Assembly (NCBI GenBank): GCA_963747235.1
Contig: CAVVEU010000008.1
Coordinates: forward strand, 288,001 to 352,000
Direction: 5' to 3'
DNA: 64,000 nt
Source of the DNA: an uncultured Candidatus Rokubacteria bacterium
GTDB taxonomy: Bacteria; Methylomirabilota; Methylomirabilia; Rokubacteriales; CSP1-6
The position numbers were made by a program, and so were the translations under genes. Shown here in pieces: positions 42,616 to 51,311 of the stretch; the first letter of the stretch is position 1, and each line of letters begins with the position of its first letter. The notes under the pieces were generated by a model that did no database searches, was not told the DNA's origin, and was given only the letters and a program-made list of their open reading frames with translations.

Positions 42616-44229
42616 ATGGAGACGAGCCTCACCGACGCGCGCATCCGGGCGATGACCGGATCGGGACTCTGGCGCAACGAGAGTCTCGCCGACTACCTCG
42701 ACCGCTGGGCGCGCGAGCGTCCGGCCCGGACCGCGCTGGTGGACCGCTGGGGACGCACCACCTGGGAGGCGCTCGCCCGGTCGGTGGACCGCGTGGCCGC
42801 CGGGCTCGCCCGGAGCGGTGTCGAGCGAGGGAGCGTCATCGCGGTCCAGCTCCCCAACTGGAGCGAGGCGGTGACCGTCTTCCTGGCCGCCCTGCGCCTC
42901 GGCGCGGTGATCAATCCGATCCCGCCCACCTACCGGGCCAGCGAGCTCCGGTTCATGCTGGGCCTGCTGGAAACGCAGGTCGCGGTGGTGCCCGCTGCCT
43001 TCCGCGGCTTCGAGCACGCCGGCATGCTGGCCGCGCTGCGCCCCGAGCTCCCGCGCCTCGAGCACGTCTTCGTGGTGCGCGGCGACGGGCCCGCGGGCAC
43101 GACGCCGTTCGCGGCCCTCGCGGACGCGGCGCCCGCGCGCGGGCACGCCCCGGCGGGCACCGCGCTGAACGCGGTGCACGAAGTGGTGTTCACGTCCGGC
43201 ACGACGGGGGAGCCCAAGGGCGTGATGCACACCGAGAACACCACGCTCTCGATCATGCATCACGCGATCGAGCGGCTCGAGCTGTCGGCGCGCGACGTGA
43301 TCCTGATGGCCTCGACGGTCGGTCACCAGACCGGGTACCTCTACGGCCACTGCCTCAACCTGCTGCTCGGCGCCACCACCGTCTGGATGGACATCTGGAA
43401 TCCCGCGGAGGCGGCGCGCCTGATCGAGGCCGAGCGGGTCACCGTGAGCATGGGGGCCACGCCGTTCCTGCGGGACCTGGCCTACCTGGACGCCGGGCCG
43501 AGCCTGCGCTCGCTGCGGCTGTTCATCGCGGCGGGGGCCCCGATTCCCCGGGCGCTGGTTCGCGACGCCCGCGAGCGGCTCGGCTGCGCGATCTCGGCCG
43601 GCTGGGGCATGACCGAGAACGGCATGGTCACCTGCAACGGGCTCCACGACCCCGAGGAGAAGGTCTTCGGCAGCGACGGCGCGCCCCTGGCCGGCATGGA
43701 GCTGCGCGTCGTGGACGACGACGGGGCGCCGGTCGCCGCCGGTGTCGAGGGGGACTTGCTGGTGCGCGGTCTTTCGGAGTTCGTGGGCTACGTCAAGCGG
43801 CCGCAGTTCACCGCGGACGCGTACACCGCGGACGGCTGGTTCAAGACCGGCGACCGGGCGACCCTCGATCCGGAGGGTTACCTCGCCATCACCGGCCGGT
43901 CGAAGGATCTCATCATCCGCGGAGGCGAGAACATCCCGGTCGTGGAGGTCGAGAACCTGCTCTACACTCATCCGAAGATCGCGGGGGTGGCCATCGTGGC
44001 CGTTCCCGACCCGCGTCTCGGGGAGCGGGCCTGCGCGGTGGTGATCCCCGGCGAGGGCGAGGCGATCACTCTGGAGGAGATCACGGCGTACCTGGAGCGG
44101 CACGAGCTGGCGCGGCAGAAGTTTCCGGAGCGCCTCGAGCTGGTCTCGGAGTTCCCGATGACCCCCAGCGGCAAGATCCAGAAATACAAGCTCCGCGACA
44201 TGATCGCCGAGCGCGCGAAGCCGCGATGA
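42616..44229 (+). CDS. Acyl-CoA ligase, cyclohexanecarboxylate-CoA ligase (AliA)-like
   Basis: FTSGTTGEPKGVMHT, GHQTGYLYG, WGMTENG, RGGENIPVVEVE, MTPSGKIQKY. Confidence 0.85.
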   Translation: METSLTDARIRAMTGSGLWRNESLADYLDRWARERPARTALVDRWGRTTWEALARSVDRVAAGLARSGVERGSVIAVQLPNWSEAVTVFLAALRLGAVINPIPPTYRASELRFMLGLLETQVAVVPAAFRGFEHAGMLAALRPELPRLEHVFVVRGDGPAGTTPFAALADAAPARGHAPAGTALNAVHEVVFTSGTTGEPKGVMHTENTTLSIMHHAIERLELSARDVILMASTVGHQTGYLYGHCLNLLLGATTVWMDIWNPAEAARLIEAERVTVSMGATPFLRDLAYLDAGPSLRSLRLFIAAGAPIPRALVRDARERLGCAISAGWGMTENGMVTCNGLHDPEEKVFGSDGAPLAGMELRVVDDDGAPVAAGVEGDLLVRGLSEFVGYVKRPQFTADAYTADGWFKTGDRATLDPEGYLAITGRSKDLIIRGGENIPVVEVENLLYTHPKIAGVAIVAVPDPRLGERACAVVIPGEGEAITLEEITAYLERHELARQKFPERLELVSEFPMTPSGKIQKYKLRDMIAERAKPR

Positions 44230-44243
44230 AAGGCTGACCAACC

Positions 44244-45041
44244 ATGAACCTGAACCTGGGCGGCAAGAGCGTGATCGTGACCGGCGGCGGCTCGAACATC
44301 GGGCGGGCCATCAGCCTGGCCTTCGCGAAGGAGGGCGTGCACCTCACCGTCGCCGAGATCGACGAGGGGCAGGGGCGGAAGGTCGTGGCGGAGGCCCAGG
44401 GGCTGGGGGCCGCGTCCGCCACGCTCGTGCCGACCGACGTGACGCGGTGGGAATCCGTCCAGGCGATGGTCCGGGAGGTCGAGGGGCGCGTGGGCCGGGT
44501 GGACGTGCTCGTGAACAACGTGGGCTGGACCTACGACCGCCTCTTCGTGGAGAAGGAGCGAACCGAGTGGGAGCGGGAGATCCAGCTCAACCTCTGGGGC
44601 ATGATCAACTGCACCCGCGCGGTGCTCGACGGCATGATCGCCCGCAAGGGCGGCGCCATCGTCAGCATGGGCTCGGATGCCGGGCGCATGGGGGAGTTCC
44701 GCGAGGGCGTGTACGGCGCGTGCAAGGCCGGCGTGATCGCGCTGTCCAAGAGCCTCGCGCGCGAGGTCGGCCGCCACGGCATCCGGCTCAACGTGGTCTG
44801 CCCCGGCATGACCATCCCGGAGTCGGAGGACGATTTCGGCGGCCTCAGCATGTGGGCCGCGGAAGCCAACCGGGCCTGGAGCGCGCCCGACATGCAGGCG
44901 CGGATCGCCAAGGCCTACCCGCTGCGGCGCATCGGCAAGCCGGAGGACGTGGCGCCGGCGGTGATGTTCCTCGCCTCCGACGCCGCGGGCTTCATCACCG
45001 GGCAGACCCTCTCGGTGAGCGGCGGCTATACCATGATGTGA
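44244..45041 (+). CDS. SDR dehydrogenase, BadH-like (2-hydroxycyclohexanecarboxyl-CoA dehydrogenase)
   Basis: TGGGSNIG, NNVGW, GSDAGR, YGACK, LARE..NVVCPG. Confidence 0.82.
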   Translation: MNLNLGGKSVIVTGGGSNIGRAISLAFAKEGVHLTVAEIDEGQGRKVVAEAQGLGAASATLVPTDVTRWESVQAMVREVEGRVGRVDVLVNNVGWTYDRLFVEKERTEWEREIQLNLWGMINCTRAVLDGMIARKGGAIVSMGSDAGRMGEFREGVYGACKAGVIALSKSLAREVGRHGIRLNVVCPGMTIPESEDDFGGLSMWAAEANRAWSAPDMQARIAKAYPLRRIGKPEDVAPAVMFLASDAAGFITGQTLSVSGGYTMM

Positions 45042-45065
45042 TCGGGGATGTGAGTGGAGGCCACG

Positions 45066-45842
45066 ATGGACTTCGAGACGATCACCTTCGCGACGGCCGG
45101 CGGCGTCGCGCGCATCACGCTCAACCGGCCGGACCGGCTGAACGCGATCAGCCCCGAGCTGCTCGCCGATCTGGATCGCGCCTGCGCGGCGGTGGAGGGC
45201 GATCCCGGCGCGCGGGTGGTGACCCTGACCGCGGCGGGTCGGGCCTTCTGCGCGGGCGCGGATCTCCGAGCGGTGCGCGAGCTCTCGCCCGATCCGGAGC
45301 GGTGGGGCGCCTTCATGGGGCTCTGGCATCGCGTGTTCGACCGGATCGAGGCCCTGCCGGTGCCGGTCATTGCCGGGGTGCACGGGCTCGCGCTCGCGGG
45401 CGGGCTCGAGCTGGTGCTGGTGGCGGACCTCGTGGTGGCCGAGGACGGCGCGCGCCTCGGCGATCAGCACGCGAACTTCGGGCTGGTGGCGGGCGGGGGC
45501 GGCAGCCAGCGCCTGCCACGCCTCATCGGCGCGCGCCGGGCCAAGGAGCTGATGCTGCTCGGCGGCTGGCTCACCGCGCCGGAGGCGCTCGCCTGGGGCC
45601 TCGTCAATCGCGTGGTCCCGGCCGGGACGGTGGCGCCCGCGGTCGAGGAGATGGCGGCCGGGCTGGCCGTGGGCAGCGCATCGGCCAACCGCACCGTGAA
45701 GGCGCTCGTGGCCCGCGCATTCGACGCCGAGCTGGCGGAGGGCCTCGCGCTCGAGCGGCGACTGGTGGCGGAGCACATGCGCTCGGCCGACGCGGCCGAG
45801 GGGCTGCGGGCGTTCGCCGAGAAGCGCAAGCCCAGGTTCTAG
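45066..45842 (+). CDS. Enoyl-CoA hydratase/isomerase (crotonase) family
   Basis: LNRPDRLNA, FCAGADL, AGGLEL, GDQHANFG, AFAEKRKPRF. Confidence 0.9.
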   Translation: MDFETITFATAGGVARITLNRPDRLNAISPELLADLDRACAAVEGDPGARVVTLTAAGRAFCAGADLRAVRELSPDPERWGAFMGLWHRVFDRIEALPVPVIAGVHGLALAGGLELVLVADLVVAEDGARLGDQHANFGLVAGGGGSQRLPRLIGARRAKELMLLGGWLTAPEALAWGLVNRVVPAGTVAPAVEEMAAGLAVGSASANRTVKALVARAFDAELAEGLALERRLVAEHMRSADAAEGLRAFAEKRKPRF

Positions 45843-45850
45843 GAGGCCGC

Positions 45851-47002
45851 ATGGATCTCGCGTTCTCGCCGGAGCAGGACGAGCTGGTGCGCACCCTGCG
45901 GCAGTTCGCCCGGCGGGAGCTCGCGCCGCGCTCGGCCCACTGGGACAGGACGGGCGAGTTCCCCTGGGAGGCCTGGCGACGCATGGGCGAGCTGGGGCTG
46001 CTGGGCCTGCGCGTTCCCGAGGCCTACGGGGGCCAGAGCGCGGACTTCCTGACCTTCGGCATCGCGATGGAAGAGATCGGGCGCGGCGACTTCAGCTGCA
46101 CCTACGGGATCCAGCTCGCGGGCCTGGCCGGGGAGATCCTGGGACGCAGCGGGACCGAGGAGATCAAGGCGCGGTGGCTGCCGCCGACCGCGAGCGGCCA
46201 GGCGGTGGTCGCGCTCGCCCTCACCGAGCCGGGCGCCGGCTCGGACGCGGCCAATCTCACCTGCCGGGCCGAGCGCGACGGCGACGGCTACGTCATCACC
46301 GGGGAGAAGTCCGGCATCAGCCTGGGCATGGCGGCGCAGGCCGCGATCGTCTTCGCGCGCACGGATCCGGCGGGCCGCGCGCGCGGGGTGACCGCCTTCC
46401 TGGTGCCGCTCGACCTGCCCGGCGTCTCGCGCAGCCCGCTGCGGGACATGGGCACCCGCGCCATCGGTCGGGCGGTCCTGGCTTTCGATCACGTGCGCAT
46501 CCCCGCGTCGCACCGGCTGGGCGAGGAGGGCACCGGCTTCTACCAGGTCATGCAGGGCTTCGACTACAACCGCATCGGCATCGCGCTCGCCTGCCTCGGC
46601 GTGGCCCAGCAGTCGGTCGAGGAGACCATGGGCTACGTGAAGGAGCGCAAGGCCTTCGGCCGCGCCCTCGCGCGCTTCGAGGGCGTGTCGTTCGCGATCG
46701 CGGAGGCGGCCACGCATCTCGAGGCCTGCCGCTGGCTCTGCTACCGGGCGCTCTGGCTCGCGGACCAGGGGCGGCCCCACACCAAGGAATCGGCGATGAC
46801 GAAGTGGTGGGGCCCGCGGCTGGCGGTGGACACGATCCACCAGTGCCTCCTGCTCCACGGCCACTACGGCTACACCGACGAGCTGCCCTTCGAGCAGCGC
46901 ATGCGCGACGTGATCGGACTCGAGATCGGCGACGGAGCCAGCGAGGTCATGAAGATGGTGGTGGCCCGCGAGCTGATGGGCCGCGAGAGCCTGCCCTACT
47001 AG
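45851..47002 (+). CDS. Acyl-CoA dehydrogenase, cyclohexanecarboxyl-CoA dehydrogenase (AliB)-like
   Basis: ALTEPGAGSDA, GEKSGIS, GFYQVMQGFDY, FEGVSF, RDVIGLEIGDG. Confidence 0.87.
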   Translation: MDLAFSPEQDELVRTLRQFARRELAPRSAHWDRTGEFPWEAWRRMGELGLLGLRVPEAYGGQSADFLTFGIAMEEIGRGDFSCTYGIQLAGLAGEILGRSGTEEIKARWLPPTASGQAVVALALTEPGAGSDAANLTCRAERDGDGYVITGEKSGISLGMAAQAAIVFARTDPAGRARGVTAFLVPLDLPGVSRSPLRDMGTRAIGRAVLAFDHVRIPASHRLGEEGTGFYQVMQGFDYNRIGIALACLGVAQQSVEETMGYVKERKAFGRALARFEGVSFAIAEAATHLEACRWLCYRALWLADQGRPHTKESAMTKWWGPRLAVDTIHQCLLLHGHYGYTDELPFEQRMRDVIGLEIGDGASEVMKMVVARELMGRESLPY

Positions 47003-47062
47003 CCGCGCCGCCCGGCGGCGGCCGGATATGAGAGAATGCGGCGGCCTCGAAAGGAGCGCTCA

Positions 47063-47278
47063 ATGCCCGAAGACGTCCAAGCTCACATCACCGGCGTGGT
47101 GTTCCAGATTCCCACCAAGCCGGGCGACGCGGTGGCCGCCGGCGACGCGATCATCGTGCTCGAATCCATGAAGATGGAGATTCCGGTCGAAGCTCCGCGC
47201 GCCGGCAAGGTGCGGGAGATCAAGGTCGCGGAGGGACAGACGGTACAGGAGGGAGATACCGTCGCGGTCCTCGACTGA
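47063..47278 (+). CDS. Stand-alone biotin carboxyl carrier domain
   Basis: LESMKMEIPV biotinylation motif; SD AAGGAG. Confidence 0.9.
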   Translation: MPEDVQAHITGVVFQIPTKPGDAVAAGDAIIVLESMKMEIPVEAPRAGKVREIKVAEGQTVQEGDTVAVLD

Positions 47279-47299
47279 ACCCGTCCCCGAGGAGACGTC

Positions 47300-47803
47300 A
47301 TGTCCATCGCGCTGATCCGGGAGCACTACGACTATCACCGCTGGGCGAACCGGCGGCTCTTCGACCTGGCCGCGGGCCTCGGCGACGGGGTCACGCGGGC
47401 CATGGGCGCCCACTGGAGCTTTCCCACGCTCAAGGGCATGTTCGCCCACATCTACGGCGCCGACAACGTCTGGCTCACCCGCTGGAAGGGATCGTCCCCG
47501 AGCCGGCTCCTGGGCGACAAGGACTTCGCGAGCATCGCCGATCTGCGCGCGAGGTGGGACGCGCTCGAGACGGAGCAACAGGCCTTCGTGGCCGGGCTCG
47601 CGGAGGCCGATCTCACCCGGCCCGTGGGGTACCGGAACACGGAGGGCAAGGAGTTCCAGGTGGCCCTCGGGGCCCTGCTCCAGCACGTGGTCAACCACGC
47701 GACCCACCATCGCAGCGAGGCCGCGACCATGATCACCCTGATCAGCGGCTCGCCGCCCGACACCGGGATCAATACCTACCGCGTCGCGGTCGTGAAGGGT
47801 TGA
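47300..47803 (+). CDS. DinB/YfiT-family protein
   Basis: YHRWANRR, FAHIYGAD..W, HVVNHATHHR His triad. Confidence 0.88.
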   Translation: MSIALIREHYDYHRWANRRLFDLAAGLGDGVTRAMGAHWSFPTLKGMFAHIYGADNVWLTRWKGSSPSRLLGDKDFASIADLRARWDALETEQQAFVAGLAEADLTRPVGYRNTEGKEFQVALGALLQHVVNHATHHRSEAATMITLISGSPPDTGINTYRVAVVKG

Positions 47804-47893
47804 GCCCGGTGGGGATGAAGGAGCTGGCACACGATGTTCGGGCGCGGAAGCAGCACGGAGTGATGCCGGTCTAGCCAAGAGGAGGAGAATGCC

Positions 47894-48730
47894 ATGGATC
47901 TCGGAATCTGCATGTTCGCCACCGACTATTCGATCCGGACCGACGAGCTGGCCCGCGCCGCCGAGGAGCGGGGCTTCGAGTCGCTGTTCGTGCCGGAGCA
48001 CACCCACATCCCTACCAGCCGGCGCACCCCGTTCCCGGGTGGCGAGCCGCTCCCCAAGGAGTACTCGCACACCTTCGATCCGTTCATCTCGCTGATGGCC
48101 GCGGCCGCGGCCACCACGCGCCTGAAGATCGGCACCGGCATCTGCCTGATCATCGAGCGCGACACCATCACCACCGCCAAGGAGGTGGCGAGCCTCGACC
48201 TGCTCTCGGGCGGGCGCTTCCTCTTCGGGATCGGCGCCGGGTGGAACGCCGACGAGATGGAGAACCACGGCACCGAGTACAAGAGCCGCTACAAGCGGAT
48301 GCGCGAGCAGGTGCTGGCCATGAAGGAGATCTGGACCAAGGACGAGGCCCAGTTCCACGGCCAGCACGTGAAGTTCGACCCCATCTGGTCCTGGCCCAAG
48401 CCCGCCCAGAAGCCCCACCCGCCGGTGCTGCTGGGTGGGGAAAGCGGCCACACGCTCCAGCGGGTGGTGGACTTCTGCGAGGGATGGTTCCCGCGGGGCC
48501 GGGCGGGCGACGTGATCCTGGCCGGCCTCAAGGATCTGAAGGCCCGGGCCGCGCGCGCCGGGCGTGACATGAAGACGATCTCGGTCTCGGTCTTCGGCGC
48601 GAAACCCGATGAAGCGACGCTCGAGACCTACGCCGGCGCCGGCATCACCCGGTCCATCCTGCGCCTGCCGTCCGACGGCCGCGACGTGATCCTGCCCCTG
48701 CTCGACCAGTACGCCAAGCTGATCCGCTGA
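47894..48730 (+). CDS. LLM-class (probably F420-dependent) oxidoreductase, Rv2161c-like
   Basis: AEERGFESLFVPEHTHIP, DPF, AKEVASLDLLSGGRF, GAGWN, PKPAQKPHPP. Confidence 0.88.
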   Translation: MDLGICMFATDYSIRTDELARAAEERGFESLFVPEHTHIPTSRRTPFPGGEPLPKEYSHTFDPFISLMAAAAATTRLKIGTGICLIIERDTITTAKEVASLDLLSGGRFLFGIGAGWNADEMENHGTEYKSRYKRMREQVLAMKEIWTKDEAQFHGQHVKFDPIWSWPKPAQKPHPPVLLGGESGHTLQRVVDFCEGWFPRGRAGDVILAGLKDLKARAARAGRDMKTISVSVFGAKPDEATLETYAGAGITRSILRLPSDGRDVILPLLDQYAKLIR

Positions 48731-48746
48731 GGCACGGGGACAAGAA

Positions 48747-48780
48747 GGGCCCGGCGGCCGATGTTCCGGCCGCCGGGCCC
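48747..48780. terminator. Terminator hairpin between convergent LLM and sigma genes
   Basis: 14-bp stem GGGCCCGGCGGCCG-N6-CGGCCGCCGGGCCC; TTCTT follows on the minus strand. Confidence 0.7.
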
Positions 48781-48799
48781 GATGTCGTTCCGGCCCGAG

Positions 48800-50327
48800 T
48801 TAATTTTCGACGAAGGCGCGAAGGGCGCGTCCGCGCAGCGGGTGGCGCAGCTTGCGGAGCGCCTTGGTCTCGATCTGCCGGATGCGCTCGCGGGTCACCG
48901 AGAAGCGGCGTCCCACCTCCTCGAGCGTGTGCTCGCCGGCCTCGCCGATACCGAAGCGCAGCCTCAGGATCTCCTTCTCCTTGGGCGACAGCGTGCTCAG
49001 CGCGCGCTCCACCTGCAGGGTCAGGTCCTGGGTGATGAGGTTGTCGTTGGGCGACTCCGCTCCCTTGTCTTCCAGGAAGTCGCCCAGCTCCGAGTCGTCC
49101 CCGATGGGCGTCTCGAGCGAGAGCGGCTTGCGCGAGGACTCCAGGATCAGCCGGACCTTGCGCGCGGGCACGCCGGTGCGCTGGGCCAGCTCCTCCGGGG
49201 TGGGCTCGCGCCCCATCTCGTTGACCAGGGAGCGGTTCACCCTCGAGATGCGGTTGAGCGTCTCCACCATGTGCACCGGGATGCGGATCGTGCGCGAGTG
49301 GTCCGCGATGGCCCGCGTGATCGCCTGGCGGATCCACCACGTGGCGTAGGTCGAGAACTTGAACCCGCGCCGGTACTGGAAGCGGTCCACCGCCTTCATG
49401 AGGCCGATGTTGCCCTCCTGGACCAGGTCCAGGAGCGACAGCTCGCTGCCCAGGTAGCGCTTGGCCACCGAGACCACCAGCCGCAGGTTGGCCTCCATCA
49501 GCTCCTTCTTGGCCTGCCGGACCACGCGGTCGTGCTCCTCGATCTCGCTGAGCGACGCGAGCAGAGCCTTGCGGGCCACGCCCGCCTTCTCCTCGAGCTG
49601 GCGCAGCTCGGCGCGGCTCTTGGTCGCCGCGAGCATGCCCTTGGCCAGCAGGCGGATCTCGGTGACGAGCTGATCGGCCAGCGCCGGCTTGAGCGGCAGC
49701 TTCTCGAGCACGCTCTGGATGGAGGCGCGGTTCTTCGCGATCCACTTGTTGTAGTTGGCGCGCGTGGCCTTGCTGCGGCGCTTGTCGCCGAGGGCCGCCT
49801 GTAGCCGCTCGATCTCGCGCTCCAGCCGGCGGATGCGCGCGAAGGCGGCCAGGCTCGCGCGGATCTCGCTCGGGCGAGGGCTCGCCGCCCTCGGGGAGCA
49901 GGATCACGTCCTCGAGCGGGACTTCCTCGCGGCGCACCCGATCCACCAGGGCCAGGAGCTGGGTCGTGGCGAACGGCACGCGGCCCAGGGCGCGCCGCAG
50001 CGCGATCTGGCCGATCTCGATGCGCTGGCCGAGCGCGACCTCTTCCGCGGCCTTCAGGAGGGAGACCTTGCCGATCTCCTTGAGATAGAGACGGACCGGG
50101 TCCTCCGCGGGCGAGGCCGAGGGCCGCAGCGCCTCGTCGGACAGGGCCGGCGTGGCCTCCGTCTCGATGGCGCTATCCACCACTCGGTCCAGCTCGTCGT
50201 CCACCGGCGGCGCCCCCACCTTGGCCGCCGCCTGGGCGGGCCGCCCGCGGCGCTTTGGCTCGGTCGCGGTCACCCTGAATTGGCCCGTCTCCGCTGCCAC
50301 CACGCTGTCAGTCTCTCTAAAGGTCAT
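48800..50327 (-). CDS. RpoD-like sigma-70 factor lacking canonical region 1.1 (group 2-like); one indel
   Basis: [11 protein letters not shown] (1.2), [62 protein letters not shown]. Confidence 0.92.
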
Positions 50328-50404
50328 TACGGCCTCTCGTGCTCGTCGGGATGTGTCGGTATTTCTTTCCGGCTCGATTCCTCGTGGTCTACGCCCTCAC
50401 GGTT

Positions 50405-50491
50405 TAGACGCTGATTCGGGCGCCGGGGTTTCAGAGAACGTTGCCGTCCTATCGGCTTATCCGAAGGAACCCGCAGGCCGCGCGCGTCGTT
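50405..50491. promoter_or_regulatory. ECF-sigma-type promoter motifs upstream of the sigma gene
   Basis: Minus: GAAACC-N16-CGTCTA (50432-50405) and GGAAC-N17-GGTT; plus: GGAAC-N17-CGTT (50466-50491). Confidence 0.5.
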
Positions 50492-50496
50492 CCTTG

Positions 50497-50560
50497 TTGC
50501 CCGGCGTCGGTGCAGAGACGTACGTTACCGCCAGGCTATTCAGCTTGGCGGTCCTCTTTT
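50497..50560 (+). ncRNA. Candidate small RNA (about 65 nt)
   Basis: Follows plus-strand GGAAC-N17-CGTT; ends in an 11-bp hairpin (50527-50552) plus CCTCTTTT; flanking genes are on the minus strand. Confidence 0.35.
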
Positions 50561-50607
50561 GGACAGTCTGCTGCGCCGGGACTGGAAAGGGGCGCTACCG
50601 CGGGAGC

Positions 50608-51217
50608 TTAGTTGGCCTTGCTGAGGATGAGGTCAAACGTGGCGAGCACGTAGTCCCTCATGCTCACCAGCCAGGACCGCAGCGGAGGGACGCCGAAGTC
50701 GGCCGGTCGGAGGCGGCTCTCGCCCCGGACCCAGAGGGCGCCTTGCCGGAGGCGAACCCGCGCCATGAAGCTCACGGGCCGCTCGGTGCCCCGCATGGAT
50801 AGCACCCCGTGGAGTGTCAGCATCACGTCGGTGTTCTCGGTCAGCGACTGGAACGAGCTCTCGACCTTGTCGATCCGGTAGCGGATCTCCGGATGGCGCT
50901 CTCCGTCGAGGGCTCGTCGCAGGTCCTTGTCCCGCCCGGCCTTCCCGGTGCGCAGGCTGGCGACCGGGGCGGTCAGGGAGCCCTTGATGGGCTTCCTGAG
51001 GTCCTCGATGTCGAGCTCGACCTCGCCGGTGGGCGCCTCGCTCGCTCCGCCGAAGTTACCCAGCGGGTGGAACGCGTCGAAGCCCACGCGGCTCTTGGCG
51101 CTGTCCACGACCCACCGCTCGGTCTCGGCGATGGCCGATCCCGCGAGGGAGACTCCGAAGAGCGCGACGGTGAGCAGTGCTGAGGCGAGTCGTCCGGGCA
51201 CAGGGTGGGATACCATG
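50608..51217 (-). CDS. YceI-family exported lipid/polyisoprenoid-binding protein
   Basis: Signal peptide; VDSAKSRVGF, SLRTGKAGRDKDLR, GVLSMRGTERPV, DFGV. Confidence 0.85.
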
Positions 51218-51311
51218 GGCGCCACGAGCGGGTCAACCGTCGGCGGGAAAATTGTTGACACTACCGGAGGCCCGGTCTTACCGTCTAAATGCCCGCCATG
51301 ACGAACGATTG

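Noticed and set aside
41662-44229. Apparent biotin carboxylase-CoA ligase fusion (855-aa ORF)
   Set aside because: Caused by an indel near 42385. The carboxylase C-terminus (YDPLLAKL...QGAFA*) ends at 42592 in another frame and the ligase starts at 42616.
43968-45776. Long antisense and alternative-frame ORFs (here and elsewhere, e.g. 54912-56930, 21857-23506)
   Set aside because: Arg/Pro/Ala-rich shadows of real genes, expected from stop-codon scarcity at high GC; no recognisable motifs.
47815-47874. 19-codon ORF MKELAHDVRARKQHGVMPV before the LLM gene
   Set aside because: Weak SD, no motif and no attenuator structure; cannot be supported.
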